From positions 1,600,001-1,664,000 of the forward strand of contig CBDCWG010000012.1 in NCBI GenBank assembly GCA_965223345.1: a stretch of 64,000 nt of DNA, read 5' to 3'. How positions within the stretch are numbered: position 1 is the first letter of the stretch; each line of letters begins with the position of its first letter. Origin of the DNA: Nitrospinales bacterium. Lineage in GTDB: Bacteria; Nitrospinota; Nitrospinia; Nitrospinales; VA-1. A model generated the notes under the pieces. The model was not told where the DNA came from. It made no database searches and saw only the letters and a program-made list of their open reading frames with translations. The position numbers and the translations under genes are program-made. Positions 9,494-18,829 of this stretch are shown here, one piece after another.

Positions 9494-11968
9494 ATGAACA
9501 AACCGGAAATGCCTCACGTGGACGATCCCACCAACGGCAAAAGCATCGAAGCCCTGAAAAAATCCTTCAACACCCACCTCAAGTACACGCTGGCGAAAAA
9601 CAAGCCGCGCGCCACCAAACTGGACCTCTTTAAAAGCCTGGCCTTCGTGGTGCGCGATCATCTGGTGGAAAAGTGGATCGACACCAAGAACCGGCAGTAC
9701 AGCAGCGACGCCAAGCGGGTGAACTACCTGTCGATGGAATACCTGGTCGGACGCGTGCTGCGGCAGAACATGGTCAACCTCGGCCTGATGGCGGAGTTGC
9801 GGCAGGCGGTTTCCGATCTGGGCTACGATTTTGAGGAACTGGAAGCGATGGAAGTGGAAGCGGGGCTGGGAAACGGCGGCCTGGGACGGCTGGCGTCCTG
9901 TTTTCTCGAATCGATGGCTACGCTGGGGATTCCGGCAAACGGCTACGGCATGCGCTACGAGTTCGGCATCTTCCATCAGCGCTTCGCCAACGGCTATCAG
10001 GTGGAGGAGGCGGACAACTGGCTCCGGCTCGGCAACCCCTGGGAGATCCCGCGGCCCGAGCACGTGTATCCGATCAAATTTTACGGCCGGGTGCAGCACG
10101 TCACCCGGGCGGACGGGACCGAGACCTACGAGTGGGTGGACACGCACGACAACGTCATGGCGATGGCGCACGACATTCTCATCCCCGGCTACGACAACGA
10201 CACGGTGAACAGCCTGAGGCTGTGGGGCGCGCGTTCGATGCGCGACTTCGATTTCCAGCAGTTCAACGAAGGGGATTACATCCAGGCGGTGCGGGAGAAA
10301 CAGGAAACCGAAACGATCTCCAAAGTGCTTTATCCCAACGACAAGTCGATCCAGGGACGCGAGCTGCGCCTCAAGCAGGAGTATTTTTTCGTTTCCGCTT
10401 CCCTGCAGGACATTCTCGCGCGTTACAAAAGAAGGCACGCGGTTTTCGACAAGTTCAGCGACAAGGTCGCGGTGCAGCTCAACGACACGCATCCCTCGCT
10501 CGCCATCCCCGAACTGATGCGGATCTTCGTGGACGAGGAACGCATGTCCTGGGACACGGCCTGGGAGATCACCTGCAAGACGATGGGCTACACCAACCAC
10601 ACGGTGCTGCCTGAGGCGCTGGAAAAATGGTCGGTCGATCTTTTGGGTCACGTGCTGCCGCGGCATTTGCAGATCATTTACGAGATCAACCACCGTTTCC
10701 TGAATCAGGTGGCAGAAATCTTCCCGGATGACCCGGAACGGCTGACGCGCATGTCGATCATCGAAGAGGGAGCGACAAAATTCGTGCGCATGCCGCAGCT
10801 TTCGATCGTCGGCAGCCATGCGGTCAACGGCGTGGCGGCGCTGCACACGGAAATCCTGAAACAATCGTTGTTCAAGGATTTCGAGGAGATGTATCCGGGC
10901 CGCATCCACAACATGACCAACGGCATCACGCCGCGCGTCTGGCTCAAGGAATGCAATCCCGATCTGTCCCAGCTCATCAGCGAGACCATCGGCGAGGGCT
11001 GGGTCAAGGATCTGTCGCAGCTCAAGAAACTGCTGCCGCATGCCAAGGACCTGGCGTTCTGCGAGCGCTGGGATCAGGTCAAGGAAAGCAACAAGCAGAA
11101 ACTCGCCGCGTTCATCGAACAGACACAGGGCATCCGCGTGAATCCCGACTCGATGTTCGATGTGCACATCAAGCGCATCCACGAATACAAGCGGCAGCTT
11201 CTGAACATCCTGCACGTCGTCACGCTGTACACGCGCATCAAGAAAAATCCCGCCGGCGACCACCTGCCGCGCACGGTGATCTTCTCGGGCAAGGCGGCGC
11301 CCGGTTACGCGATGGCCAAGTGCATCATCAAGCTGATCAACAGCGTCGCGCAGACCGTCAACGCCGACGAGGAGGTGGGCGACCGGCTCAAGGTGGTGTT
11401 CCTTCCCAATTACTCGGTGTCGCTGGCGGAGAAGATCATTCCCGCGGCGAACCTGTCGCAGCAGACCTCCACCGCCGGCATGGAAGCCTCCGGCACCGGC
11501 AATATGAAGCTGGCGCTCAACGGCGCGTTGACGCTGGGAACGCTGGACGGGGCCAACATCGAGATCCTTGAGGAAGTGGGCGAGGACAACATCTTCATCT
11601 TCGGGCTCAAGGCCGACGAGGTGAACGCCAAGCAGGCGAACGGCTACCGGCCCCGGGATCTCTATCTCAAATACCCGGAGCTCAAGCAGGCCATCGACAT
11701 GATCCAGGAAGGGTTCTTCACACCGGAGGAACCGAATGTGTTCCGTCCCATCGTCGAATCGCTGTTGGATCACGGCGACCATTTCATGGTGCTGGCGGAT
11801 TTTCTTTCCTACAGCCGCACGCACCAGAGGATCGAAGAGGAGTACCGCGATCCCTCGCTGTGGACGGAAAAATCCATCATCAACGCCGCCAATATGGGGA
11901 AATTCTCCAGCGACCGCACCATCGGCGACTACGCGCGCACGATCTGGAAGGTGCCGTTTACCGGCTAG
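9494..11968 (+). CDS. glgP: Glycogen/maltodextrin phosphorylase
   Basis: GLGNGGLGRLASCF, QLNDTHP, KRIHEYKRQLLN, EASGTGNMK (PLP lysine). Confidence 0.97.
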   Translation: MNKPEMPHVDDPTNGKSIEALKKSFNTHLKYTLAKNKPRATKLDLFKSLAFVVRDHLVEKWIDTKNRQYSSDAKRVNYLSMEYLVGRVLRQNMVNLGLMAELRQAVSDLGYDFEELEAMEVEAGLGNGGLGRLASCFLESMATLGIPANGYGMRYEFGIFHQRFANGYQVEEADNWLRLGNPWEIPRPEHVYPIKFYGRVQHVTRADGTETYEWVDTHDNVMAMAHDILIPGYDNDTVNSLRLWGARSMRDFDFQQFNEGDYIQAVREKQETETISKVLYPNDKSIQGRELRLKQEYFFVSASLQDILARYKRRHAVFDKFSDKVAVQLNDTHPSLAIPELMRIFVDEERMSWDTAWEITCKTMGYTNHTVLPEALEKWSVDLLGHVLPRHLQIIYEINHRFLNQVAEIFPDDPERLTRMSIIEEGATKFVRMPQLSIVGSHAVNGVAALHTEILKQSLFKDFEEMYPGRIHNMTNGITPRVWLKECNPDLSQLISETIGEGWVKDLSQLKKLLPHAKDLAFCERWDQVKESNKQKLAAFIEQTQGIRVNPDSMFDVHIKRIHEYKRQLLNILHVVTLYTRIKKNPAGDHLPRTVIFSGKAAPGYAMAKCIIKLINSVAQTVNADEEVGDRLKVVFLPNYSVSLAEKIIPAANLSQQTSTAGMEASGTGNMKLALNGALTLGTLDGANIEILEEVGEDNIFIFGLKADEVNAKQANGYRPRDLYLKYPELKQAIDMIQEGFFTPEEPNVFRPIVESLLDHGDHFMVLADFLSYSRTHQRIEEEYRDPSLWTEKSIINAANMGKFSSDRTIGDYARTIWKVPFTG

Positions 11969-11986
11969 GACCGATCGTTTTTCCCA

Positions 11987-12020
11987 AACCGGCCGCACTG
12001 AGAGCGGCCGGTTTTTTTGT
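11987..12020 (+). terminator. Intrinsic terminator after glgP
   Basis: AACCGGCCGC-ACTGAGA-GCGGCCGGTT followed by a T tract. Confidence 0.85.
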
Positions 12021-12030
12021 GCGCCGCGCT

Positions 12031-12059
12031 TTGACAAAACGGGCGTGAAACTCTAAAGT
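12031..12059 (+). promoter_or_regulatory. Sigma-70-like promoter
   Basis: TTGACA-N17-TAAAGT upstream of the repeat and SEC-C gene. Confidence 0.6.
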
Positions 12060-12094
12060 GAACACCCGCAACCCCATTTTCTGGAGCTGGTATT

Positions 12095-12278
12095 ATGGTC
12101 GAGTGTCCCTGCGGCTGGGTGTTTTCGGATGGCGTGATCCGCATTTTATGTTTTAAAAAAGTGTTTCGAGGTGGCGATGGTTGAGTGTCCCTGCGGCTGG
12201 GTGTTTTCGGATGGCGTGATCCGCATTTTATGTTTTAAAAAAGTGTTTCGAGGTGGTGATGGTTGAATGTCCCTGCGG
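12095..12278 (+). repeat. 82-bp tandem direct repeat (two full copies plus a partial third forming the start of the YchJ gene)
   Basis: Units start at ATG 12095, 12177 and 12259; copies 1 and 2 differ at two positions. Confidence 0.95.
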
Positions 12279-12774
12279 GTCTGTCTTTCCCTACACCGAC
12301 TGCTGCGCGCCCCTGATCCGCGGCGTGAGTTTCGCCGACACGGCGGAGGATCTGATGCGTTCGCGCTACACGGCGTTCACGCAGCAGAACTGGCTGTATC
12401 TGCGCGACACCTGCCACCCGGACGACCGGCCGGAGCTCAAGGAGCTGGAATCCGGCGGCGGCGTGCGCTGGCGGCGTCTGGAGATTTTGGAAAGCCGCGG
12501 CGGCGGCCGCAACGACAGCGAGGGGACGGTGCGGTTTCAGGCGTTTTTCGAGAAGGACGGCGCGGAGAAGGTTCTCAGAGAGAACTCAAAATTCCTGAAA
12601 GAGGGCGGCCGGTGGTATTATTCCAGGAAACACTCCTCGGTGGAGCCCGAGCGCAAAGAGGCGCCGGCCGCCGCAAGCGGAAAACCCTTCGTGCGCGAAC
12701 AGGCGAAGGTGGGGCGCAACGATCCCTGTCCCTGCGGCAGCGGTAAAAAATTCAAGAAATGCTGCGGAAAATAA
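12259..12774 (+). CDS. YchJ-family protein with SEC-C metal-binding motifs
   Basis: N-terminal CPCGS...[16 protein letters not shown]-terminal [22 protein letters not shown]. Confidence 0.92.
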   Translation: MVECPCGSVFPYTDCCAPLIRGVSFADTAEDLMRSRYTAFTQQNWLYLRDTCHPDDRPELKELESGGGVRWRRLEILESRGGGRNDSEGTVRFQAFFEKDGAEKVLRENSKFLKEGGRWYYSRKHSSVEPERKEAPAAASGKPFVREQAKVGRNDPCPCGSGKKFKKCCGK

Positions 12775-12808
12775 AATGAACCGCAGCGCATTTTTGTGAA
12801 GCGAGACG

Positions 12809-12988
12809 ATGAACAGCGAGGAATCGAAACAGCCGCAATCCGGTGACGAATCCGAAGAGGCGGACAAAGCCAAAGAAACCCCGCCGAAAGACAAAAGCAC
12901 GAAGCTCGCCCCGCGTTCCGGTCAACGCCCGGCGCTGCCGTTCAAGCGCAAGCCGCCGGCCGTGAAAAAGCCGGACGACTCAGGATGA
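12809..12988 (+). CDS. 59-aa charged, Pro-rich hypothetical protein
   Basis: Manual translation MNSEESKQPQSGDESEEADKAKETPPKDKSTKLAPRSGQRPALPFKRKPPAVKKPDDSG fills the gap; below the track length cutoff. Confidence 0.5.
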   Translation: MNSEESKQPQSGDESEEADKAKETPPKDKSTKLAPRSGQRPALPFKRKPPAVKKPDDSG

Positions 12989-13615
12989 TTTCAGCAGGGC
13001 GACGATGGCCGCTTCGGTTTCCTTGTACCGGCCTTCTCCGAAATGGGTGAAGCGGACCACCCCGTTCTTGTCGATCAGGTATTTCGCCGGCCAGTAGCGG
13101 TTGCGGTAGGCGCGCCACAGTTTGAAACCGTTGTCCAGCGCGATCGGGTACTGCAGTTTGTAATCCTTCACCGCTTTGACGACGTTTTTCGGGATGCGTT
13201 CGAATTTGAATTCCGGAGCGTGCACGCCGATCACCACCAGCCCCTTGTCGGCGTATTTTTTGTGCCACTTCTTCACGTAGGGCAGCGTGTTGATGCAGTT
13301 GATGCAGGAATACGTCCAGAAATCGATCAGGACGACTTTGCCGCGCAGCGATTCCATCGACTCGATGGGTTTCGAATTCAACCAGTTGGTGAGTCCGCGG
13401 AATTCGGGCGCCGGGTACAGGGTCGGCAGTTTCGCCTCCCCCGCGACACTGAGGTTCGCAGGCGCTGCCACCAGCAGCCCCAAAGACACCACCGCCGCCA
13501 GCAGACAGCTGAAAACGATCCGGCTTTTCCCCCGCCGCTGTGCACGCAGGCGGGACGGGTTCACGATCGCTTTGAAAGCGGATTCGGCTTGCGTTCGATT
13601 CGATGCGGGGTTCAT
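12980..13615 (-). CDS. Exported thioredoxin-like protein (DipZ C-terminal/redoxin type)
   Basis: GKVVLIDFWTYSCINCINT, GVHAPEF, NRYWPAKYLID. Confidence 0.9.
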   Translation of the reverse strand: MNPASNRTQAESAFKAIVNPSRLRAQRRGKSRIVFSCLLAAVVSLGLLVAAPANLSVAGEAKLPTLYPAPEFRGLTNWLNSKPIESMESLRGKVVLIDFWTYSCINCINTLPYVKKWHKKYADKGLVVIGVHAPEFKFERIPKNVVKAVKDYKLQYPIALDNGFKLWRAYRNRYWPAKYLIDKNGVVRFTHFGEGRYKETEAAIVALLKSS

Positions 13616-13854
13616 GCGCTCCTCCTGAATTGAGAGTGACGGCTTAGGGTGAATGGGCTTTTGTGCTGAGTGTCGTGTCCGGTGGATTCCTTACAGGCTT
13701 TCGGGAACGCCTCCGCGGGTTGCCGAAACAGCAGCGGATTGGGTCAAGACACCCATAATTTTATGTGAGTTTATTGTAATTATCCGATTGTAGCGCATCG
13801 ATCGGATGAGAAAAAGTTTTTGCTGACAAAAAGTTTTGCGCGCTCGTCAAACGC

Positions 13855-14793
13855 ATGAAAACGGAAATAAAATCGGCCTATCTCGCGAGTGAAGGTTTTG
13901 AGCAACCGCTGCTTGCGGAACTTCATGGCGCGCTCTCGGTGCAGGATCGGCTGATTCTGTCGGACCGCGAAGCGCAGCCGGCCCGCTGGGCGCAGAATGT
14001 GTGGCGCAATCCCAAAGTGATCGGCATCACATCCATTTCCGATGCGGCGAAAAAACTGACGGCGATGCAGAGAAACTGGTGTCTGTATTCCTGCCGGCTG
14101 CACCGGCGCGCCCGCCTGATCGAGGAAAAACTGCCGCATGTTTCGGGAAAGGCGCTGGCGTTTCCCGCACCGCTTCCCGCCTCGCCCCTGGGCTCCTGGA
14201 CGCTGCTCGATGCGGACACGCTGCTTGCGGCTTCCGACTGCTCAAGCCTGTTTCCGAACGGGGAGCTGCGTTTCGAGGAGGACAAGGCCGGGCCGCCCAA
14301 TCGGGCTTATCTCAAACTCTGGGAAGCGTGGACGCTGCTTGAGCGCCGGCCTCAACCGGGTGCGTTCTGCATCGATGCGGGCGCGAGCCCCGGCGGGTGG
14401 ACCTGGGCCGCGGCGAAGCTGGGGGCGCGGGTGTTGAGTGTGGACCGTGCGCCGCTGGATGCCTCTCTAAGCGGCCTGGACAACGTGGAGTTTCGCAAGG
14501 GGGACGCGTTTTCCCTGCATCCTGCCGAATTTTCCTCCGCCAACCAAAAGGTGGACTGGCTGCTCAGCGATGTGGTCTGCTATCCGGAAAAACTGTGGCA
14601 ATGGCTTTCTGTGTGGATCGAGTCGGGTGTGTGCCGCAACATCGTGTGCACGGTCAAATTCCAGGGCGGCGCGCAATACGATGCGGTGGAATCGTTCGCG
14701 CAGGTGCCGCGAAGCCGCATCGCGCACCTGTTCCACAACAAGCACGAGCTGACCTTCATGCTTGCGGAGGAATCCGTCACCCGTCCAGGGTGA
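13855..14793 (+). CDS. RlmM-like FtsJ-family rRNA 2'-O-methyltransferase
   Basis: PNRAYLKLWEA, DAGASPGGWT SAM-binding motif, HNKHELT. Confidence 0.8.
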   Translation: MKTEIKSAYLASEGFEQPLLAELHGALSVQDRLILSDREAQPARWAQNVWRNPKVIGITSISDAAKKLTAMQRNWCLYSCRLHRRARLIEEKLPHVSGKALAFPAPLPASPLGSWTLLDADTLLAASDCSSLFPNGELRFEEDKAGPPNRAYLKLWEAWTLLERRPQPGAFCIDAGASPGGWTWAAAKLGARVLSVDRAPLDASLSGLDNVEFRKGDAFSLHPAEFSSANQKVDWLLSDVVCYPEKLWQWLSVWIESGVCRNIVCTVKFQGGAQYDAVESFAQVPRSRIAHLFHNKHELTFMLAEESVTRPG

Positions 14794-16051
14794 GGTCGGT
14801 CTTGGGGATGGAGATACAGGTCAGGCAGGAACGCGCTTCGGGTTTGCTGCCCGGTTCCACCACGTAACTCACCAGGCCGCGCTTGATCGCGGTGAGGCAG
14901 GTGCCGCAATTGCCCGCGCGGCAGCCGGATTCGAGCAGGATGCCGTTTTCCTCGGCGAAGGCGAGGATGGAGCCCGCCGCCGGGTTCCATTGCAGGGTTT
15001 TCTGCGAGCGCGCGAACGTGACCTTGATCGAGGACTCGGTTCCCGTCTCACCGGCAGTGAGTTTTTTGATGGTGGCGGAATTGAACGCTTCGTAGTGGAT
15101 GTTTTTCTCCTCAACGCCCCACTGCGCCAGGTCCTGCCGCAAAGATTCGATCATTTTCGGCGGCGCGCAGATGTAAAAATCGAAATTGTTCGAAGGCAGC
15201 ACCTTCTTGAGCAGAGCGCCGGAAATGTGCCCTTCGTGCTGGTAATCCTTTCCCAGCACATCGCTTTCCCCCGGCTGGCTGTAACAGACGTTCAGGTACA
15301 CGTTGGAGTGCGAGCGGGCGACGTTTTCCAAATGTTCCTTCATCATGTGCTCGGACCGGTTGCGCACTCCCAGAAAAAACCACGTTTCCCGTTTCGGCGC
15401 CGCGCCGCGGGAATCCCGTTCCGTGATGGTGTTGAGCATGCTGAGCACCGGCGTCAGCCCGACGCCGCCGCCGATCAGCACCACCGGGTTGGGGTTGGAC
15501 GGATCGAGGTAGAAATGCCCGCTGGGCGCTTTCACATCGACGATGTCGCGTTCGTTGAGCATGTCGTGGAAAAAATTGGAGCCGATCCCCGGAGGCACGT
15601 GGTTGCCTTCCGGCGGCAGCAGGCGCTTGATGGTGACGCGGTAGTAGTCCGGGTGATTGGGGCTGTCCGACAGGGAATAGCAGCGGATCACGGGCTTGGG
15701 GTTGCCGGGAATGTTGAGCTTGAACGTCAGGTACTGGCCGGGCAGAAACGGCGGCAGCGGTTTGCCGTCGTGCGGGGACAGGTAGAACGAGGAGACGAGA
15801 TCGGTTTCCTTGACTTTGAGCACGATCTGGAATTTGCGAAACCCGTTCCAGACGACGTCCTCGTTGTGCGAATCCATGCGGATCTTATCCACGATCTGGT
15901 CCACACGGGCGCGCAACAGATCCGCTTCCAGTTCGCTTCCCCGGCGGGAAATGTTGAAGAAACGAAAATTGTTGCTGATCAGCTGGATGAGGTAGGCCAT
16001 GAGGGCCAGAAGAAACGCGATAGCCGCAAGACTGATTGCAGCGTTGAGCAA
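14777..16051 (-). CDS. Membrane-anchored FAD/NAD(P)-binding oxidoreductase with C-terminal 2Fe-2S domain
   Basis: N-terminal TM; PGQYLT, RCYSLS, GGGVGLTPVLSM, CRAGNCGTC...LTC. Confidence 0.92.
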   Translation of the reverse strand: MLNAAISLAAIAFLLALMAYLIQLISNNFRFFNISRRGSELEADLLRARVDQIVDKIRMDSHNEDVVWNGFRKFQIVLKVKETDLVSSFYLSPHDGKPLPPFLPGQYLTFKLNIPGNPKPVIRCYSLSDSPNHPDYYRVTIKRLLPPEGNHVPPGIGSNFFHDMLNERDIVDVKAPSGHFYLDPSNPNPVVLIGGGVGLTPVLSMLNTITERDSRGAAPKRETWFFLGVRNRSEHMMKEHLENVARSHSNVYLNVCYSQPGESDVLGKDYQHEGHISGALLKKVLPSNNFDFYICAPPKMIESLRQDLAQWGVEEKNIHYEAFNSATIKKLTAGETGTESSIKVTFARSQKTLQWNPAAGSILAFAEENGILLESGCRAGNCGTCLTAIKRGLVSYVVEPGSKPEARSCLTCISIPKTDLTLDG

Positions 16052-16128
16052 GGAGCCTCCTTTGCAAGATTCACGCGATGTTTCGCTTTATTATAAACAA
16101 GGGGATGCGGGTTTCAGAAAAAAGTTTT

Positions 16129-18018
16129 CTAAGGATTGTTCTGTGCCAGCAGCATTTCCTTTTTGAAGCCCGGCTGGTGGTGATAAACGTGACACAGCTG
16201 ACAATCTTCCCGCACTTTTCCTTCCGAGTGGCATTCGAGGCAGGTTTTGCGTTGGATGGAGGCGAAGTTGCTGGCGAAGGTGGCGGGGTCGAACGAGTCG
16301 AACGCACCGAGAAAATCGTTTTTGGTATCGAGCACATGGCAGTTTTTGCAGGTGTCGCCCTTGCCGAGCAGATCGAGATGATTTTTATGGGAATATTTCA
16401 GGTAGGCGCGGTTGCGGGCCCCCTTGTAGCCCCAGTCGATGGTGAGCTGCCCCTCCTTCTCGCCGTTCGCTTCGGCGGAAACGGCGTGGCACTTGATGCA
16501 GCCGCCGACCCCTTCTTTTGAGGAGAGCATCAGATCGCGCATCGCCTCGGCGCGCGCGCGTTTTTCCGGATCGGTCTCGGCGGCGGCGACGGTGAGGGCG
16601 AACTCGATCCAGCTTTTCGCCACCGGATCTTCGTGACCGGACGGGGTGTAGCGCACTTCCAGCAGGTCCGCGTGCCAGCCGCCGAAACTGGCTTCCGCCG
16701 GAGGATCGTACTCGACGTTGAGCCCCCAGGCGCAGGCGGCCCGTTTCAGCACTTCCGGATTCAGGCCCGCGAGCATTTTGTCCGCCACCGGCGTGGGGGA
16801 GTGGTTGTCGATCAATTCTGCGATCGGCATCGTGCTTTCGAGGGCGAGGGCCAGGATGAGATCCTGCAGGCTCTGGCTGTAGCTTTCCGGATCGTCTTCG
16901 GGCACGTTCAATAGATACGCGCTGATCAGGCTCGGCGTCTCGGTGGAGATGCTGATGAATTCCTCCTCTTCCTCTTCTCCCCGGGTCGCTTTCTTCTTCT
17001 CAGGAATCTGACAGGCTTCGCGCAGTTCGTTGCGGTCGATGCGGTCCTTGTCGAGCTCCGGCAGGCGCATGAGGATCAGCTCCTTGCGCGGAATCTGAAA
17101 ATCGTGGCAGGAGGCGCACACCACCTCGAATTTGTCGGGACTCACGATCTGCTCCTCCTGGGTGACCTTGTGGCAGGTCATGCAGTCCTTGGGCGAGCGG
17201 TCCTCGAACTTGGGGTCCACAAAGTATTTTTTCCAGTGCGAGATGTGGTCGAATTTGATGGTGTTCTTGCGCGTGTGCGGGTAGCGCTCGGGAAACTCCG
17301 GATGCCCTTTCGAAAAACTTTTGAACTGCTCTTCGTGGCAGTGATTGCACTGTTTGTTGTTGAAGGTGCGGATGGCGAGCTCGGCGCCGCGGTGCTCGCG
17401 GTGGCACATCAGACAGTCGGTTTCCTGTAATCTGGGGAATGTGCTCTTATCGCCGTTGTGCGCCATCAGGGCCGGGCCGCCGAACAGGTGGCAGTCTTCG
17501 CATTTCTCCGAGATGTTGCCGGTGTGCAGCACGGATTTGAGCCACAGCACCGATTTGAGGTTGTGGGTGGCGTGACAGATCTCACAGCCCTTGTTTTCGG
17601 CGAACTTGACGTGCGCGCTCGACATGGGGCCGGGGTTGAAGCTGACGTGCCGGTACTGTGCCTGGTCCACCACCCACGAGAGGCACAGCAGGGAAACGAT
17701 GGTGCCGAACGCCAGCAGGATCAGCCGGGCCCGGTACACGCGCAGCGTGGCTTTCGGGACGCAGGGCGGGTGCCTCTGCGAGCACATGCCCTGGGGCAGC
17801 GGGCCGTCGGTGCAAGGGCCGCCGGCGGCCGGCGGCCGGTTGCATTCCCAGTGATTGCCGTTGAGAGTGGGAGTGCATTCGTTGCTGCCGCCGCAAGTGC
17901 CGTCCACGGTGGGGCCCTGGTGACAGGGCTTCAGCCAGAGCGCACCCCGGCCGCAACGGTACGGGAAATTCGGCCGCTCGTAGCTGCTGCGGTTGTGCGC
18001 GAATTTTTTTTCATCCAT
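16129..18018 (-). CDS. Membrane-anchored decaheme cytochrome c with Cys-rich N-terminus
   Basis: 10 CxxCH motifs (CEICH, CEDCH, CLMCH, CNHCH, CMTCH, CASCH, CIKCH, CKNCH, CLECH, CQLCH); start overlaps the upstream stop (TGATG). Confidence 0.9.
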   Translation of the reverse strand: MDEKKFAHNRSSYERPNFPYRCGRGALWLKPCHQGPTVDGTCGGSNECTPTLNGNHWECNRPPAAGGPCTDGPLPQGMCSQRHPPCVPKATLRVYRARLILLAFGTIVSLLCLSWVVDQAQYRHVSFNPGPMSSAHVKFAENKGCEICHATHNLKSVLWLKSVLHTGNISEKCEDCHLFGGPALMAHNGDKSTFPRLQETDCLMCHREHRGAELAIRTFNNKQCNHCHEEQFKSFSKGHPEFPERYPHTRKNTIKFDHISHWKKYFVDPKFEDRSPKDCMTCHKVTQEEQIVSPDKFEVVCASCHDFQIPRKELILMRLPELDKDRIDRNELREACQIPEKKKATRGEEEEEEFISISTETPSLISAYLLNVPEDDPESYSQSLQDLILALALESTMPIAELIDNHSPTPVADKMLAGLNPEVLKRAACAWGLNVEYDPPAEASFGGWHADLLEVRYTPSGHEDPVAKSWIEFALTVAAAETDPEKRARAEAMRDLMLSSKEGVGGCIKCHAVSAEANGEKEGQLTIDWGYKGARNRAYLKYSHKNHLDLLGKGDTCKNCHVLDTKNDFLGAFDSFDPATFASNFASIQRKTCLECHSEGKVREDCQLCHVYHHQPGFKKEMLLAQNNP

Positions 18019-18821
18019 CACAATAGGTACACGTGCACCACGACCATGTGCCACAGGATCACGGTCATGAGGGCGGCCGCCAGGGGAATGTGAATCATCA
18101 GCCAGCTTTTGAGAACCGTCTGCAGGGCGTAGTGGAGATCGATTTTACGTTTGGTGTCGGCGAGCGTGAACAGCTTTCTCAGGTAACCGCGCTCCTGCAC
18201 GTTGAGAAACCGTTCCAGGGTGGAAAACTGCTGCCGCACCCAGAACTCTCCTTTGTGACCGCCGAACAGGTAGCTCACGAAAAACCGCGGCCGCTGGAAG
18301 AACCAGTGCAGCGATTCCAGATAATGGGTCGCCAGGGTGTCGCGCCCGGTTTCGTGGGTGCAGGCGAGCAACAGGTCCTTGGCGCTTTTTCTCAGTTCGC
18401 TGATTTCCGCCGGGATGCGTTCGTAAATGCACTCGAACCCGCTCTGCGTCAGGCGGCTCGGATAGATTTTCTGGATCAGCGTGCCGACGATGCCCGAAAG
18501 CGCGGACGAATAAAACAAAAACGCCAGGATCTGCTCGTAAAGGCCGTCGGGCCACAACGAGCCGATGTGCAGCCAGAAGATGCCGATCGCCAAAAACCCG
18601 CCGACGGTGTGGATGTTCAGCCAGTTCGAAGAAGGGGAGAGCGGCAGAAACGACAGGCGCTTGCGCAGGTGAAACAGCGCCAGCACGAACAGGATGGTGA
18701 ACAGGGTCCAGCCTGTCATCGGGGAGGTGAATTCGAGCCGCGCGTCCGCCTGGCTGGTGCGGAAGGTCATGAATACGAGGAAAATGCTTGCGAGGATCCA
18801 CAAGGCCCAAGACTTAACCAT
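18018..18821 (-). CDS. Multi-TM membrane protein with paired His residues (possible heme b ligands)
   Basis: WLNIH...FWLH and WLMIHIPL...LWH within hydrophobic helices. Confidence 0.8.
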   Translation of the reverse strand: MVKSWALWILASIFLVFMTFRTSQADARLEFTSPMTGWTLFTILFVLALFHLRKRLSFLPLSPSSNWLNIHTVGGFLAIGIFWLHIGSLWPDGLYEQILAFLFYSSALSGIVGTLIQKIYPSRLTQSGFECIYERIPAEISELRKSAKDLLLACTHETGRDTLATHYLESLHWFFQRPRFFVSYLFGGHKGEFWVRQQFSTLERFLNVQERGYLRKLFTLADTKRKIDLHYALQTVLKSWLMIHIPLAAALMTVILWHMVVVHVYLL

Positions 18822-18829
18822 CGAGTGTC

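Noticed and set aside
9413..12037. 874-aa ORF antisense to glgP, and similar long shadow ORFs (28773..30761, 43359..45368, 60367..62046, 2258..3886)
   Set aside because: They overlap well-supported genes and carry no motifs; expected from GC-rich codon bias.
12095..12278. Possible mini CRISPR array (three ~20-nt repeats at fixed spacing)
   Set aside because: The intervening sequences are essentially identical, the third repeat is a gene start, and there are no cas genes; it is a tandem duplication.
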